From positions 26,893 to 90,892 of IMG/VR virus record IMGVR_UViG_3300037400_003220: 64,000 nt of DNA; one strand, written 5' to 3'. The notes beneath the pieces are model-generated. The model searched no databases. It saw only the letters and a list, made by a program, of their open reading frames with translations, and was not told where the DNA came from. The stretch comes from a virus (lineage: Duplodnaviria > Caudoviricetes). Below, piece after piece: positions 29,506 to 40,400 of the stretch. Made by a program: the position numbers and the translations under genes. Every line of letters begins with the position of its first letter. Positions within the stretch are counted from its first letter, which is position 1.

Positions 29506-30867
29506 ATGTTGAAAATAGAACATGTAAAAGTATATGACTTGGAAGAGTCAATAGTTGCATCAGGATATGCAATGGGTATATCTTTAGATGATTTTAAAGG
29601 TAGAATTGAAAATTTGAAATATTGGTTATCATTTGATAATTTTTTGCCCGATTTTTTAGATTTTTTTGAAAAACAAAACACTAATATTGGTGAAAATACT
29701 CGGCACTCATGTATTAAATGCGGTGTAATGAATGGTAATTCTAAATTTAGTGATGGTAATTATTATTGCCGTAGGCATAAAAAACAAATGAAAAATTTAG
29801 GGCACACGATAGACGACGTTGTTTACACAATCAACGGCTTAACGACTGATATTGATGTTCTAGGTAGAGATAGTGAAGTTAGACGTGTTACTGTAAGCAC
29901 AATTGATTTACCTCTTATATTCGGAAATAATTTATCAATAAGTAAATCACAAGGCTATTTGATTGTGAATAATAAAACATTTCAATCGATATTGAAAGAA
30001 ACAATTACGGATGATGATAATATGGTGTTGGATCATATAGACAAAAATGGTTCAAATAATACAAGAGAAAATTTACGCCTTTGTTTATTTAGGGAAAACA
30101 TGAGAAATCAAGGACGAATTAAAGTCAATGACAATATTACTGGCGTTAATTATAAATCAGATATTAAAAGATGGGTTGCTAATATTACATTAAACTATCG
30201 TAGTGTTTATATTGGCAAATATCGCACTAAAGAAGAGGCTATAAAAGCAAGGTTACAAAAAGAATCAGAAATTTATGGTGAGTTCTCTCCAAATATTGAA
30301 TTATTTGATAAATACAACATACAAAAACCAGAAATATCACATTTACCAGTAGAAAACTATGATTTGATGCTAGCAATAAAAGATTTTAAAAGAATTCTGA
30401 AATTAAATAAAGCATCGAAAACAAGTGATGTTAAATGCCATGATAATTGGTTAACTGGCGTAAGGGTATCATTTGACTTAATATATCCGCAATATATTAG
30501 TCCTGAATTGCAAAGGTATCATTGGATTGATATTGTTACGAGTAGTTCAAAAATGCATAGATTAACTAAAATGTCATTAAAAAATTCATGCAATGAATAT
30601 GTTACTAGTGAAATAATAGAGAAAGTACAAGGTTATATTGATGAATATAATGCTAATCCAACATATGAATCATTCATGAAAGTACTAAGTAACACACCAC
30701 TAGGGTTACAACTTTTTGAACATATTGACACGAATTACAAACAACTACAAACGATATACTTCCAAAGGAAACACCATAAATTACGCGAGGATTGGGGTGC
30801 ATTTATCGAATTTATTGAAAAACTACCATACGCAAAAGAATTAATTATTGGAGAAATAACTGACTAA
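29506..30867 (+). CDS. Phage ThyX-like protein with an in-frame HNH-AP2 endonuclease insertion
   Basis: Flanks KIEHVKVYDLEESIVASGYAM and HDNWLTGVRVSFD...ELQRYHWIDIVTSSSKMHRL...TNYKQL.TIY.QRKHHKL..W..F...IEKLP resemble phage ThyX-like proteins. The middle has CxxC...CxxH, LDHIDKNGSNNTRENLR (HNH) and GV...RWVANI...YIGKY.T.EEA..AR...E...YGEF (AP2). Confidence 0.7.
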   Translation: MLKIEHVKVYDLEESIVASGYAMGISLDDFKGRIENLKYWLSFDNFLPDFLDFFEKQNTNIGENTRHSCIKCGVMNGNSKFSDGNYYCRRHKKQMKNLGHTIDDVVYTINGLTTDIDVLGRDSEVRRVTVSTIDLPLIFGNNLSISKSQGYLIVNNKTFQSILKETITDDDNMVLDHIDKNGSNNTRENLRLCLFRENMRNQGRIKVNDNITGVNYKSDIKRWVANITLNYRSVYIGKYRTKEEAIKARLQKESEIYGEFSPNIELFDKYNIQKPEISHLPVENYDLMLAIKDFKRILKLNKASKTSDVKCHDNWLTGVRVSFDLIYPQYISPELQRYHWIDIVTSSSKMHRLTKMSLKNSCNEYVTSEIIEKVQGYIDEYNANPTYESFMKVLSNTPLGLQLFEHIDTNYKQLQTIYFQRKHHKLREDWGAFIEFIEKLPYAKELIIGEITD

Positions 30868-30904
30868 ATGTCGGCTGTTTTTCTATTTATAAAAAAATGA
30901 ACTT

Positions 30905-31795
30905 ATGACAATTAACGAAGTATATAAAAAACGAGTGAACAAGATGATATGTGAGGAGTATGGTATTTCTGACAAACTTCACTATGACATTATACCAAGA
31001 TTCGTAAAACAATTAAAATCAAGTATAAAAAATACTGGTTTTGCAACAAGCACACATTTTAAAGAAGGCGAATTCGAGTTTAATTGTTGTGATGATAAGA
31101 ATACCATATTTAAAGTAAGGTGGCTTGCTTATTTTTTTAATAACATAGACGAGTATAACAACCATGTTAAAAAATACAGTACTGGTCTTAACTATGTTAT
31201 GTATGACTTCAAAATGTTTAGACTTACATTATTTTATATAGACGGAAAACCCGTAAATAACGAAATGTATGACACTATTGGCCACGAATTTGAACATGTG
31301 TACCAGAACATCCTAATGGGAAAACAATTTGGTAATAAAAAAATATATGCCATTGCCATTTCCAATGTATTTTCCAAAAATCGATATGACAGAAATCTTG
31401 CCCGTATAATATATGCATCAACTAAATCAGAACAAGAAGGATTTATTAATGGTTTTTATAGTCAATTTGTTAATGGTGATTTAAACACATTAGATATAGA
31501 CAAAGAAATCGAAAATTCGGAATGTGGTGTGTGGCTTAAAAATTTATACGATGACTATATGTTCTTAAAAGAACACAACGATGAAAATATGCAGGAGGCA
31601 ATTAAGAAATATAAAAACATTAAAGACTACTACAACTACAAGTATTTCTTATATATGGCAAGAAATGGTATTAAAAATCTTGAGAGAAGAATTGCCAGGT
31701 TGACATATAAAATTAAAAAAGATATATATATCCATTCAGAGCCAAAACTAAACGAGGATTTCAATCCGCTAAATAATTTTTTTCTAATACAATAA
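30905..31795 (+). CDS. Putative zincin-like metallopeptidase
   Basis: TIGHEFEHVYQ (HExxH) with a downstream EQEGF glutamate; CTATTTAT box at 30883-30890. Confidence 0.5.
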   Translation: MTINEVYKKRVNKMICEEYGISDKLHYDIIPRFVKQLKSSIKNTGFATSTHFKEGEFEFNCCDDKNTIFKVRWLAYFFNNIDEYNNHVKKYSTGLNYVMYDFKMFRLTLFYIDGKPVNNEMYDTIGHEFEHVYQNILMGKQFGNKKIYAIAISNVFSKNRYDRNLARIIYASTKSEQEGFINGFYSQFVNGDLNTLDIDKEIENSECGVWLKNLYDDYMFLKEHNDENMQEAIKKYKNIKDYYNYKYFLYMARNGIKNLERRIARLTYKIKKDIYIHSEPKLNEDFNPLNNFFLIQ

Positions 31796-31801
31796 AAGCA
31801 T

Positions 31802-32563
31802 ATGACGATAGAAAAAACTAAATTATTTTTTAGAGACAATTGGAAAAACATACTACTTGTGGTGTTTTTCTTTATAATTATTATACTAGTTATGTCAACA
31901 ACCTGTACAAACCAGAAACTAGGTAAGGCAGAAACAAATATAAAGGCATTGACAGACACACTACACACATATGAATTAAAAAATGGTAAATTATTGTACG
32001 AGAAACAGGGATTTATTGCTGAGAAAAAAGAATTAGAAGAATACATCGGCGTAAAAGAGAAAGAGGTTAAGGAAATCGAAATAAGATTAAAATCAGCCTT
32101 AGCAACAATTGCAAAACTACAAGGTTTGATTCATGTAGATACCATTCATACAGTAGATAGTGTAGAAGTATTACCAGATAGCACATATAATTGTCATTTT
32201 AACTATAATGACAGATGGTTAGGGTTAGATGGTGTTACAAGTATACAACTTGACCCGTTCCAATCACATACAATTATAAATAATATTAATATGGAAGTTC
32301 CTCTCAAAGTTGGTACAACGAAAGACGATAAATGGTTTGTTACCTCAGAAAATCCGTATGTCCGATTTACGAGTGTAGAAGGAGCCAACTTAGAGAAAGT
32401 AAAAGCAAAACGTTGGTCTCTTGGTGTTCAGGCTGGTGTAGGCGCAATATTTGGCTACGGTATATCTGGATGTCATGCAGACGGAATTGTTAGAACTGGA
32501 TGGATTGTAGGTGCTGGCGGATATGTAGGAATCGGATTAACATACAAATTAATTGAATTTTAA
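31802..32563 (+). CDS. Membrane-anchored coiled-coil protein (spanin/DUF6549-like, probably lysis)
   Basis: N-terminal TM helix then Cys (MSTTC), a coiled coil, and a C-terminal amphipathic beta segment (RWSLGVQAGVG...YVGIGLTYKLIEF). Confidence 0.5.
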   Translation: MTIEKTKLFFRDNWKNILLVVFFFIIIILVMSTTCTNQKLGKAETNIKALTDTLHTYELKNGKLLYEKQGFIAEKKELEEYIGVKEKEVKEIEIRLKSALATIAKLQGLIHVDTIHTVDSVEVLPDSTYNCHFNYNDRWLGLDGVTSIQLDPFQSHTIINNINMEVPLKVGTTKDDKWFVTSENPYVRFTSVEGANLEKVKAKRWSLGVQAGVGAIFGYGISGCHADGIVRTGWIVGAGGYVGIGLTYKLIEF

Positions 32564-32620
32564 TAAAAAAAAAATTGTATATTTATCGTAAAATAATAAA
32601 AATAAAAAAAATTAAATAAA

Positions 32621-32971
32621 ATGGATATTACAGGAATTTTTAGTGAAGCATTTTGGTACATTGCGCCAATTTTGGTTACAATTACAACCTTTTTGGCTGG
32701 TTTATTTAACCAGGGTATCGTAGATAAGTTTGTACCAGAACAACATCATGGATGGTTAAAACAAATCGTAGCATGGACAATCGGTGCTGGTGTATCCGTG
32801 GGTGCTTGGGGGTTAAAAGTAATTACTTTTGGTGAGCCAGTCTGGATTGGCGTTATCGCGCTATGCGTAGTAGTTGGTCTTTCATCCAATGGTGTTTACG
32901 ATGTTCAATTTATTAGAAAGTGGATTGAAACTTGGTTTAAGCCAAAACAAAAAATCTCAAATCTAGACTAA
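32621..32971 (+). CDS. Holin-like membrane protein (3 TM)
   Basis: Three hydrophobic segments, GLSSNGVYD motif and a basic C-terminus. Confidence 0.55.
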   Translation: MDITGIFSEAFWYIAPILVTITTFLAGLFNQGIVDKFVPEQHHGWLKQIVAWTIGAGVSVGAWGLKVITFGEPVWIGVIALCVVVGLSSNGVYDVQFIRKWIETWFKPKQKISNLD

Positions 32972-33005
32972 ATAATAACTATTTTTAAAAATAATAATTA
33001 ACAAT

Positions 33006-33221
33006 ATGAAAAATTGGACTTGGAAACAATGGACGGCACTTGGCCTTATAGTTGCCGTTGTTATAGCAGCAGTTGTATGCCATCTCGTGCAACCTAATGT
33101 AACTTACGCTTGGCTTGAAATAGTATCTGCAGGTACTTTTGTGCTTGGAGGCGTAGCGGGCTTTTTGTTAGGAAAGAGTAATGTTATTAAGGAAAACGAA
33201 AAACAATTATTAACGGACTAA
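33006..33221 (+). CDS. Small 2-TM membrane protein
   Basis: Two hydrophobic segments in 71 aa. Confidence 0.55.
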   Translation: MKNWTWKQWTALGLIVAVVIAAVVCHLVQPNVTYAWLEIVSAGTFVLGGVAGFLLGKSNVIKENEKQLLTD

Positions 33222-33901
33222 TGATTAAAATTTGTGCATTATCTGACTTACACGGAGCACTCCCCAAAATTGAGGAGTGCAACGTGGTTTTTATTTGTGG
33301 CGACATTTTCCCACTTGAGATACAAAGGATAAATACAGAGTGTGAAGCGTGGATGAATGGCGAGTTTGCTGATTGGATAGATTCGTTACCATGCGAAAAA
33401 GTAATTATTATCCCAGGCAACCACGATTTCTTTTACGAAAGAATGGGCTTGACGAAGATATTGAATCTAATAAAAGATAACCCTAAATTAAAAGATAAAT
33501 TAATATACCTTGAGAATTCATCATATGAGTACGAAGGATTAAAAATATTCGGCTGCCCTTGGTGTGACGGACCATGGGGATGGGCTTTTGTAGATAGTAC
33601 TGGGGAAAAATATAATCCTATACCAAATTGTGATATATTACTAACGCACCAGCCACCAAGGGTTGAGAAATTGGGATGTTCATATCCAGGCATGATTTAC
33701 GAGGAGAACTGGGGAAGTGAAAAACTAAAACAAAAGATAATCAGTAAAGAAATAAAATACAACTTCTGCGGGCACATACATACTGGCACACACGGAGGAG
33801 TTACAATTCCAGAATGTAAGACGAAATTTTACAATGTATCAATTAAGGACGAGGATTACAAAGTAACTTTTAAGCCCACATATATAGAAATCACTGCATA
33901 A
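33221..33901 (+). CDS. Calcineurin-like metallophosphoesterase
   Basis: LSDLHG, ICGDI, PGNHD, THQPP and GHIH motifs. Confidence 0.88.
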   Translation: MIKICALSDLHGALPKIEECNVVFICGDIFPLEIQRINTECEAWMNGEFADWIDSLPCEKVIIIPGNHDFFYERMGLTKILNLIKDNPKLKDKLIYLENSSYEYEGLKIFGCPWCDGPWGWAFVDSTGEKYNPIPNCDILLTHQPPRVEKLGCSYPGMIYEENWGSEKLKQKIISKEIKYNFCGHIHTGTHGGVTIPECKTKFYNVSIKDEDYKVTFKPTYIEITA

Positions 33902-33916
33902 GCGGTGATTTTTTTG
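33890..33916 (+). terminator. Intrinsic terminator
   Basis: AAATCACTGC-ataa-GCGGTGATTT followed by T run. Confidence 0.7.
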
Positions 33917-34005
33917 ATCAATTTTTTGTATATTTATGACGTATTATTAATTCTGCAGTTTGAAACTGTAGTTTTTATACAATTATTGCAATAAGGTTTT
34001 GATAT

Positions 34006-34458
34006 ATGGAACTGAATAAAGAATATAAACAGATTTTTTTGAACGAAGGTATTTCATACGATACACTAAAAGGTAAGGTAGCCGACAAAGTTGGCTTCAC
34101 CAATTGGGGAGATTATGGGCAAAACATGTGTATTGTTACGTTTACAGACAAGACGTTTATCGCACTTGGTGTAACTTATAACAGCGATAGTAAGTGGGAG
34201 TCTAGACAGGATGAACCATTGTTGATAAACGAGCATATTATTCAACCACAGAATTGGAACAGTGGTAATTTTAAATGCCATATGACTGTTATAAATGGCG
34301 AAGTCAGATACGACCCATATATTAGAATTTTGAGAGATTTTGGAATCTGGAAATTTACCGATGAAGAAGAACTTGCAATTATTGAAAAACAGAAAAAAGA
34401 CAAGGAAGATTATGAATATAAAGAATATCTTCGTCTAAGAGAAAAATTTGAAAAATGA
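34006..34458 (+). CDS. Hypothetical protein
   Basis: 150-aa ORF; ATGA overlap with the next gene. Confidence 0.55.
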   Translation: MELNKEYKQIFLNEGISYDTLKGKVADKVGFTNWGDYGQNMCIVTFTDKTFIALGVTYNSDSKWESRQDEPLLINEHIIQPQNWNSGNFKCHMTVINGEVRYDPYIRILRDFGIWKFTDEEELAIIEKQKKDKEDYEYKEYLRLREKFEK

Positions 34459-34985
34459 AAAAAACTGAAAAAATAGTTTTATTTGACCTTGATGATACCC
34501 TCATTAAGAGCAAAGCCAAAATTTATGTATTAAATGATCAAAACGAGGTAATTAAAAAATTAACTCCAGCACAGTATAACCATTACAAATGTAAGAATGG
34601 AGAGCATTTTGACTATAATGAATTTTGCAATGAAGAAATACTCAATAATTCAAAATTTATGAAGTTATGGGAAACACTGAAAGATTTTTATAATGCTGGA
34701 ATTAACGTAGGCATCGTAACCGCAAGAGAAGATAAGGAAATGCTTATTCGTTTCTTCTTGAGAAACGGTATGGATATTAATCGATATTTAGTATTTGCAA
34801 TTGGTGGTTCAGAGTGCAAATTCAAAGGCCGCATACGAGATAGGAAAAGGCAGGTTATTGAGCACCTGTCAGCAAGAGGATATAAAAATTTCCTATTCTA
34901 TGATGATAATAAAGACAACTTAGACGAGGTTGCTCAAATGCGAGACAGAATAGGTGTTAAAATAAAAACAGTCCAAGTAGTATGA
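34455..34985 (+). CDS. HAD-superfamily phosphatase
   Basis: LFDLDDTL (DxDxT), IVTAR, K, and FYDDN motifs. Confidence 0.8.
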   Translation: MKKTEKIVLFDLDDTLIKSKAKIYVLNDQNEVIKKLTPAQYNHYKCKNGEHFDYNEFCNEEILNNSKFMKLWETLKDFYNAGINVGIVTAREDKEMLIRFFLRNGMDINRYLVFAIGGSECKFKGRIRDRKRQVIEHLSARGYKNFLFYDDNKDNLDEVAQMRDRIGVKIKTVQVV

Positions 34986-35257
34986 AAAAAAATAAAATAG
35001 AAGAAATAGTAGTCTTTGCCATTAATTCTGAGTTAAAAGAATATAAACGTGCACTTAACCAAGACAAAGAAGGTAAATGGAAGGAAGCCGAATTTAGGGC
35101 TGATTTAGGAATGGACTCGTTAAAAACGGTTGAAGCATTTATGATTTGCGAAAAAGAATGCGGAATAACGTTCACAGATGATGAGATCGTAAAAACAAAA
35201 ACAGTTGGAGATTTAATAAATAAAATAGATGAAAAATTAGCAACACATAATGCTTAA
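34982..35257 (+). CDS. acpP: Acyl carrier protein
   Basis: FRADLGMDSLKTVE...EKECGITFTDDE...TVGDL; Ser of DSL is the phosphopantetheine site. Confidence 0.85.
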   Translation: MKKNKIEEIVVFAINSELKEYKRALNQDKEGKWKEAEFRADLGMDSLKTVEAFMICEKECGITFTDDEIVKTKTVGDLINKIDEKLATHNA

Positions 35258-36170
35258 AGTATTGTTTCTTATAATGGTATATGATAATCCAATTATCATG
35301 AAAGAGTATGATATTTTGATGAAGCATTACCAAAAAATAAAAGAGAAGAACCATCTAGATAATTTTGAATTTTATGGTTATACATCTGGGCCAGAAGATG
35401 GATATGACGAAGAAAAACGGCTATTTTATTTTAATATAGGAATTCCAGAATCATTTTACGCCACATACATTAAAACCCAAAAGATGTTTGAATATGCGGA
35501 TAAAATGATGGATTTTGATGTTGTGTATAGGGCCAACACTTCTACATTTTGTAACATCGTTTTACTAAATGAAGTTATTAAAAATGTTTGGATAGGCAAT
35601 AATAACATATTAGGCGGCGAGTTGTACTGTAAAAACACACTATTAGGGGATAGGGTTGATATACACTACAAATATGTCAGAGGAAATTCGGTTATTATAC
35701 CGAGAAATCTATTAAAACAAATCTATAGTTTTGACAATAATAAGATTGAAGAAGCAAGAAAAAAAATAATACTAACTGCTGACGACGATATAATTGGATT
35801 TATATTTAAAGATAATAATATTATACGCAAGACTTATTTTCAAGAATGGTTAGACTGTGTAAACATACCAAAACATATATTTGGAAACACAAATAGAGAT
35901 CCCAATTATCTTTATAATTTTATTGCAATTCAGATTAAATCATACACTAATAGAGAAGACGAAATAAACACCCTAAATTACCTGTGCAAGATATTTTATA
36001 AATATAAATTTAAAAAACAGTATTTAAGTAATGTACTACAATACTACAACGGTAGAAATGTAATATGGATACACCCAAATGTTGGGTATTTTGGAGAGGA
36101 AGATAATAATGAATATATTCAACTTGGAGTAAACAAGGAAATAATAACACATTTTATAAAAAATAAATAG
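35250..36170 (+). CDS. Glycosyltransferase-like protein (GT-A fold, GT31-like family uncertain)
   Basis: KTQKMFEY...FDVVYRANTSTF...GNSVII...DDDIIG pattern resembles viral GT-A-fold proteins. Confidence 0.45.
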   Translation: MLKVLFLIMVYDNPIIMKEYDILMKHYQKIKEKNHLDNFEFYGYTSGPEDGYDEEKRLFYFNIGIPESFYATYIKTQKMFEYADKMMDFDVVYRANTSTFCNIVLLNEVIKNVWIGNNNILGGELYCKNTLLGDRVDIHYKYVRGNSVIIPRNLLKQIYSFDNNKIEEARKKIILTADDDIIGFIFKDNNIIRKTYFQEWLDCVNIPKHIFGNTNRDPNYLYNFIAIQIKSYTNREDEINTLNYLCKIFYKYKFKKQYLSNVLQYYNGRNVIWIHPNVGYFGEEDNNEYIQLGVNKEIITHFIKNK

Positions 36171-36174
36171 TAAT

Positions 36175-36510
36175 ATGAGTGAAGTAAAAACAATTGGTTC
36201 GAAGGAAATTAAGACCGATGAACAAAAACAAGAGGAATTGAAGCAACAAAAGATTGCAGAAGCACAAGAGAAGGTCAAGAAAATTGCAGAGAATGAAGTA
36301 AAAAGGCGTTTCAGGACACCATTCTTGCAGGTTTACGATGAAGTGGTTAACAAAAATAAGACTATCGAAGGTTTGATTGAAGAGGTAAATCAAAAGAAAA
36401 GCCGAATGACGAAATTTGGGCGAGATTACGTAACAGAATTTGAGCCAGATAGGATTAGACAATGGATTGAGGACGAGAAAAAAGGTGAATATTATTATAG
36501 AGTAAAATAA
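36175..36510 (+). CDS. Hypothetical protein
   Basis: 111-aa charged ORF. Confidence 0.55.
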   Translation: MSEVKTIGSKEIKTDEQKQEELKQQKIAEAQEKVKKIAENEVKRRFRTPFLQVYDEVVNKNKTIEGLIEEVNQKKSRMTKFGRDYVTEFEPDRIRQWIEDEKKGEYYYRVK

Positions 36511-36887
36511 TGAAAATACTAGATTTATCACTAACATATCACTGGTATGACATGATAGCCTCTGGTGAAAAGAAAGAGGAGTACCGTCAGATAAAGGAAT
36601 TTTATTGGAAGCGACTCGTGGATTTAGATTCAATAGGCGGATGTTACAAAGGATGTGTTGATTATTATCAATGGTACAAACCGTGTTTCGAGTGCCATTA
36701 TATCAAATGGAAGCATTATGACGCCGTTCGTTTTCATAGAGGACAAGGAGGAAAAGTATCTATGTTAGTGGAATGTAATGGTATACACATTGGAACAGGC
36801 AAACAAGAGTGGGGCGCTGTACCAGGAGAAATGTATTTTGTAATTAGTTTAGGAAATATATTAGAAGAGAATGGAAGTAAAAATTAA
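36510..36887 (+). CDS. ASCH-domain protein
   Basis: L.L...WYDMIASGEKKEEYR.IK..W..RL ... WGA.PG..YFVI.LG. Confidence 0.78.
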   Translation: MKILDLSLTYHWYDMIASGEKKEEYRQIKEFYWKRLVDLDSIGGCYKGCVDYYQWYKPCFECHYIKWKHYDAVRFHRGQGGKVSMLVECNGIHIGTGKQEWGAVPGEMYFVISLGNILEENGSKN

Positions 36888-37326
36888 AAAATTAGTAGAA
36901 AATGCGGTAGTTCCGCAATATGCACACGACACTGATGCGGGCCTTGATTTAACCGCCGTGTCAAAAGAAGTTGACGAATATGGGAACATCGTATATCATA
37001 CTGGGCTTGCAATAGAAATACCAGAAGGCTATGCTGGATTCCTATTTCCAAGAAGTTCGGTGAGTAAATATAATTTGTCACTTTGCAACTGTGTTGGGGT
37101 TATTGACAGCGCGTATCGCGGCGAAATTATTTTGAAATTTAATGAAGTTATAGATTACTATGCTACTGGAAGAAAAGTAAACTGCAAATACAAAGAAGAA
37201 TATAACGTAGGTGATCGTGTAGCACAATTAATAATTTTGCCATACCCAAAAATTAAACTAGTGGAAACAGACGAATTGTCCGATTCTGATAGGGGAGAAG
37301 GAGGATTTGGAAGTACAGGTGTTTGA
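36871..37326 (+). CDS. dut: Trimeric dUTPase
   Basis: All five motifs: AGLDL, RSS, GVIDSAYRG, GDRVAQL, RGEGGFGSTG. Confidence 0.95.
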   Translation: MEVKIKKLVENAVVPQYAHDTDAGLDLTAVSKEVDEYGNIVYHTGLAIEIPEGYAGFLFPRSSVSKYNLSLCNCVGVIDSAYRGEIILKFNEVIDYYATGRKVNCKYKEEYNVGDRVAQLIILPYPKIKLVETDELSDSDRGEGGFGSTGV

Positions 37327-37362
37327 TTTTTTCATATTTTATTATCTTTTTTAGCACTTATC

Positions 37363-37377
37363 TTTTTGATAAGTGCA
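37363..37377 (+). terminator. Hairpin/terminator after dut
   Basis: GCACTTATC-ttttt-GATAAGTGC (stem starts 37354) followed by T-rich sequence. Confidence 0.55.
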
Positions 37378-37429
37378 TTTTCTTTATTGTATATCTATAT
37401 TTATAATATAGATAAAAACCGTAAATAAT

Positions 37430-40400
37430 ATGAAAAAAATTCTTCTCTTCTTATCATTCCTCTTAATGAGTATTGGAGTGTTTGGCGCCACCGCAACATT
37501 TCTTCCATCGAACTTTACTGATCAAGGAACTAGCGGGACTGGTTCCGAAATAAGTGCGACTGTCAATACGGTAACATTCTCATGTAATAAGGGTTATGGG
37601 ACAACTCAATTCAGATGCTATAAAAATGGAACTATTACAATTTTATCAACAAATACTATAACTGATATTAGTTTCTCATTCAGTGGTTCATATAATGGTG
37701 GCATGAGTACATCATACACAAATCTCAATACCACTTCATGGTCTTTCAAATGTACGTCACAAGCCCGTATAACGCAATGTGTCGTAACATATTCTGGCGG
37801 GCAATCTTACACAATCGCAGAACAATCAAATAACAATTCTTATGGTACAGTATCAAAGGATGGTAATGTAATTACTGCTTCACCAAATACGTGTTATACA
37901 TATGCTTCTCCAGCATACACAGTTTCCCCAGCAAACTCGGCGACGGTATCACAAAGTGGTAATAATTTTACTGTAACTCCTAGTGCAAACACAACTATAA
38001 CAATTAACTTTGAAGCAATTCCTACATATACTGTAACGTATAATGCAAATGGTGGTAATGTAAGCCCACAAAGTAATGCTCAGCAATCATGTAATGAATC
38101 AGTAACTCTGCCAACACCAACGCAAGACGGATATACATTTACTGGATGGTTCGATGCTCAGTCAGGTGGTAATAGAATTGGCGGTGGAGGAAACTCATAC
38201 AAGCCGACTTCAAATATAACCTTATATGCACAATGGTTGGAAAATATTAACTGCGATGGTGATTCCTATGATTTTAGTCTAATTGACGATTTCAGTAGTT
38301 GGGGTACTGGATATGGAGAAAAGATATTAATATACACAAATGATAGTATAATATTATCATCAGCAAATAGACAGACACAAACCATTACCGATATACCTGT
38401 TACAAAGGGTTCTGATATTGAAGTTCTTGCAAGAAATGGCGGGAAAATATCTTCAATAAACTTAATATGTAGGCAATGGAGTAATAAAGCACAAACTATT
38501 ACATTACATTATTCGACAGATGGCGGCTCTACATATACATCAACTAATGTAACATCTGACAATTTTAGATTATCTTATGATAATTTTGATATAAACACAA
38601 ATGCTGTAAAATTTACTTTTAGTTCGGCTAATCAAATTGGTATAGAAAGCTTATGTGTTGGGCACGAGGCTTGTACCAGCGAAGTTACTGTTACAAAAAT
38701 ACCTGGTGAAAATGGTGATTTCAATTTAAGTAAAACAACTGTTTGTGGAGATGGTGACGGTGGAGAAGTAATTGTTTCGGATATTGAACCATCTGATGGA
38801 TACGAAATAGACGGTATTATATGTGTAAATGCATCGTTTCAAACAGTGGGCAGTGTAAATCAAACAACTCATGTTGTAAGTGGTATAACGGAAGATTGTT
38901 TTATTGGCGTTCTATTTAAAGAAAAAATTGTCCCAGACATCCAAGTTGTTGAATGGAACCCAGATTATATTAAGGTAGATATTGAAAATTTCAGCGCAGT
39001 AAGTGCTGTATTAGAAGATCAAAATACACAGGCTGATGTTCAAGAAAATGTGGCCGAAGGCTTATTCTTTAGTAAATATTTTGAGGCTGGCGGTGAAAAT
39101 AAAATGTTGGCTATATATAATGGTACAAAATCAAAAATTGATTTGACTGGTTACTTCATTCAAAGTTGTGCAAATGGAGGAAGGCTGTTTCTTAATGATT
39201 TTGGCCGACATGAAACTGGTTGGATTTATCCTCAAGAAGAATTGATATTTGGCGTATACGATGATACAAATTCAGCGGAAAGTTGTGCAACAGAAATTGA
39301 TGGGCATGAGGATTGGTATACATTTACAAAAGGTGGAGGCGAATCTCCTACTGGTTTTGAATCTGCACTATCTTTCGGAGGAAGAACATCTGTCGCATTA
39401 TATAAGATTCAAGGTGTTGGTGATACGGCAATGATTGATATTATCGGAGCATATTACATAAATCCAGGCCTTTCGGTTTTCGATAGATTGGCAAAAATTC
39501 ACAAAGACTGTGGTGTTAATTCAGGAGCATATTTAAAAATAGATGATATAAAATGGAATGACCAGGCTAGTTTCTGGGTGTTAGATGGTGATAATTTAAA
39601 AACTAAAAACATAGAAAATAATTATCCGTTATCAACCAATAGATGTTTATTAGTTAGAAAAAATACAGTTAAGAGTGGCGCCCATGCCGTTGCAACAAAT
39701 ATAATTAATAGTGATACATTAAACTATACTTCTGACAATAACTGTGCAGTAATGCCTCATGCGTTTAAGACCTTATCAGAAGAGTGGAGTGGATATAGAA
39801 TTGGCGCTGGTGCTTCTGGTGGTCAAGACTTAATTGATAGTACATGTACTGGTTTTGCATATGCTGGCCATTATGATTATTCAGAACATTATATCGAATT
39901 CGATGTAATAAAATCAATCCCAATTTCTGCTAGTATTGTTGACGGGTATTATCAAATTAATATACCACAGTTAGACACATTGTCTTGTACTAATTTAAAA
40001 ATTATTGTTAAAGAAGAAGGTACAAATAATGAATTGGAAGAGACATATAAGATACCAATTATGATTACAGAAAATACGACTACAACTACAGCCAAATTCT
40101 TTAACAAAAGAGATTGCGACGAATGTGACGTTGTGGTTCTTGCAGGTAAAAAACTTACAGTTGACGGAATACTTTCAGAAAACAGGGATTTAAAATTATA
40201 TGAGGGGGCTAGACTTAATGTACCAAGTGGGACTGAATACACATTAAAATCACTTGCATTTAGAAGAAATAATGACTCAGTGTCTTCAATATACATGGGT
40301 GGAGGAGAATTACATTTAAATAAACTATACTTCGATTTATATATTACTCCAGACGATTGGCAATATGTTTCTATACCAAGCATATTTAAAGCAAGTGACG

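Noticed and set aside
29532-29542. TnpB guide self-target: ATATGACTTGG is shared between the TnpB right flank (52896-52906) and the 5' end of the ThyX-like gene
   Set aside because: Only 11 nt match, with mismatches on both sides and no convincing TAM. This is compatible with chance; a genome-wide guide search would be needed.
29580-30380. Intein or group I intron explaining the HNH-AP2 insert
   Set aside because: No Hint block A/F/G, no terminal (H)N-C/S/T, no internal stop, and no recognisable P7-like core by eye. Reported as an in-frame fusion instead.
33945-34000. Hairpin CTGCAGTT-TGA-AACTGTAG upstream of ORF 34006 as a riboswitch or ncRNA
   Set aside because: A single short stem without any recognisable family motif; may be a leader structure only.
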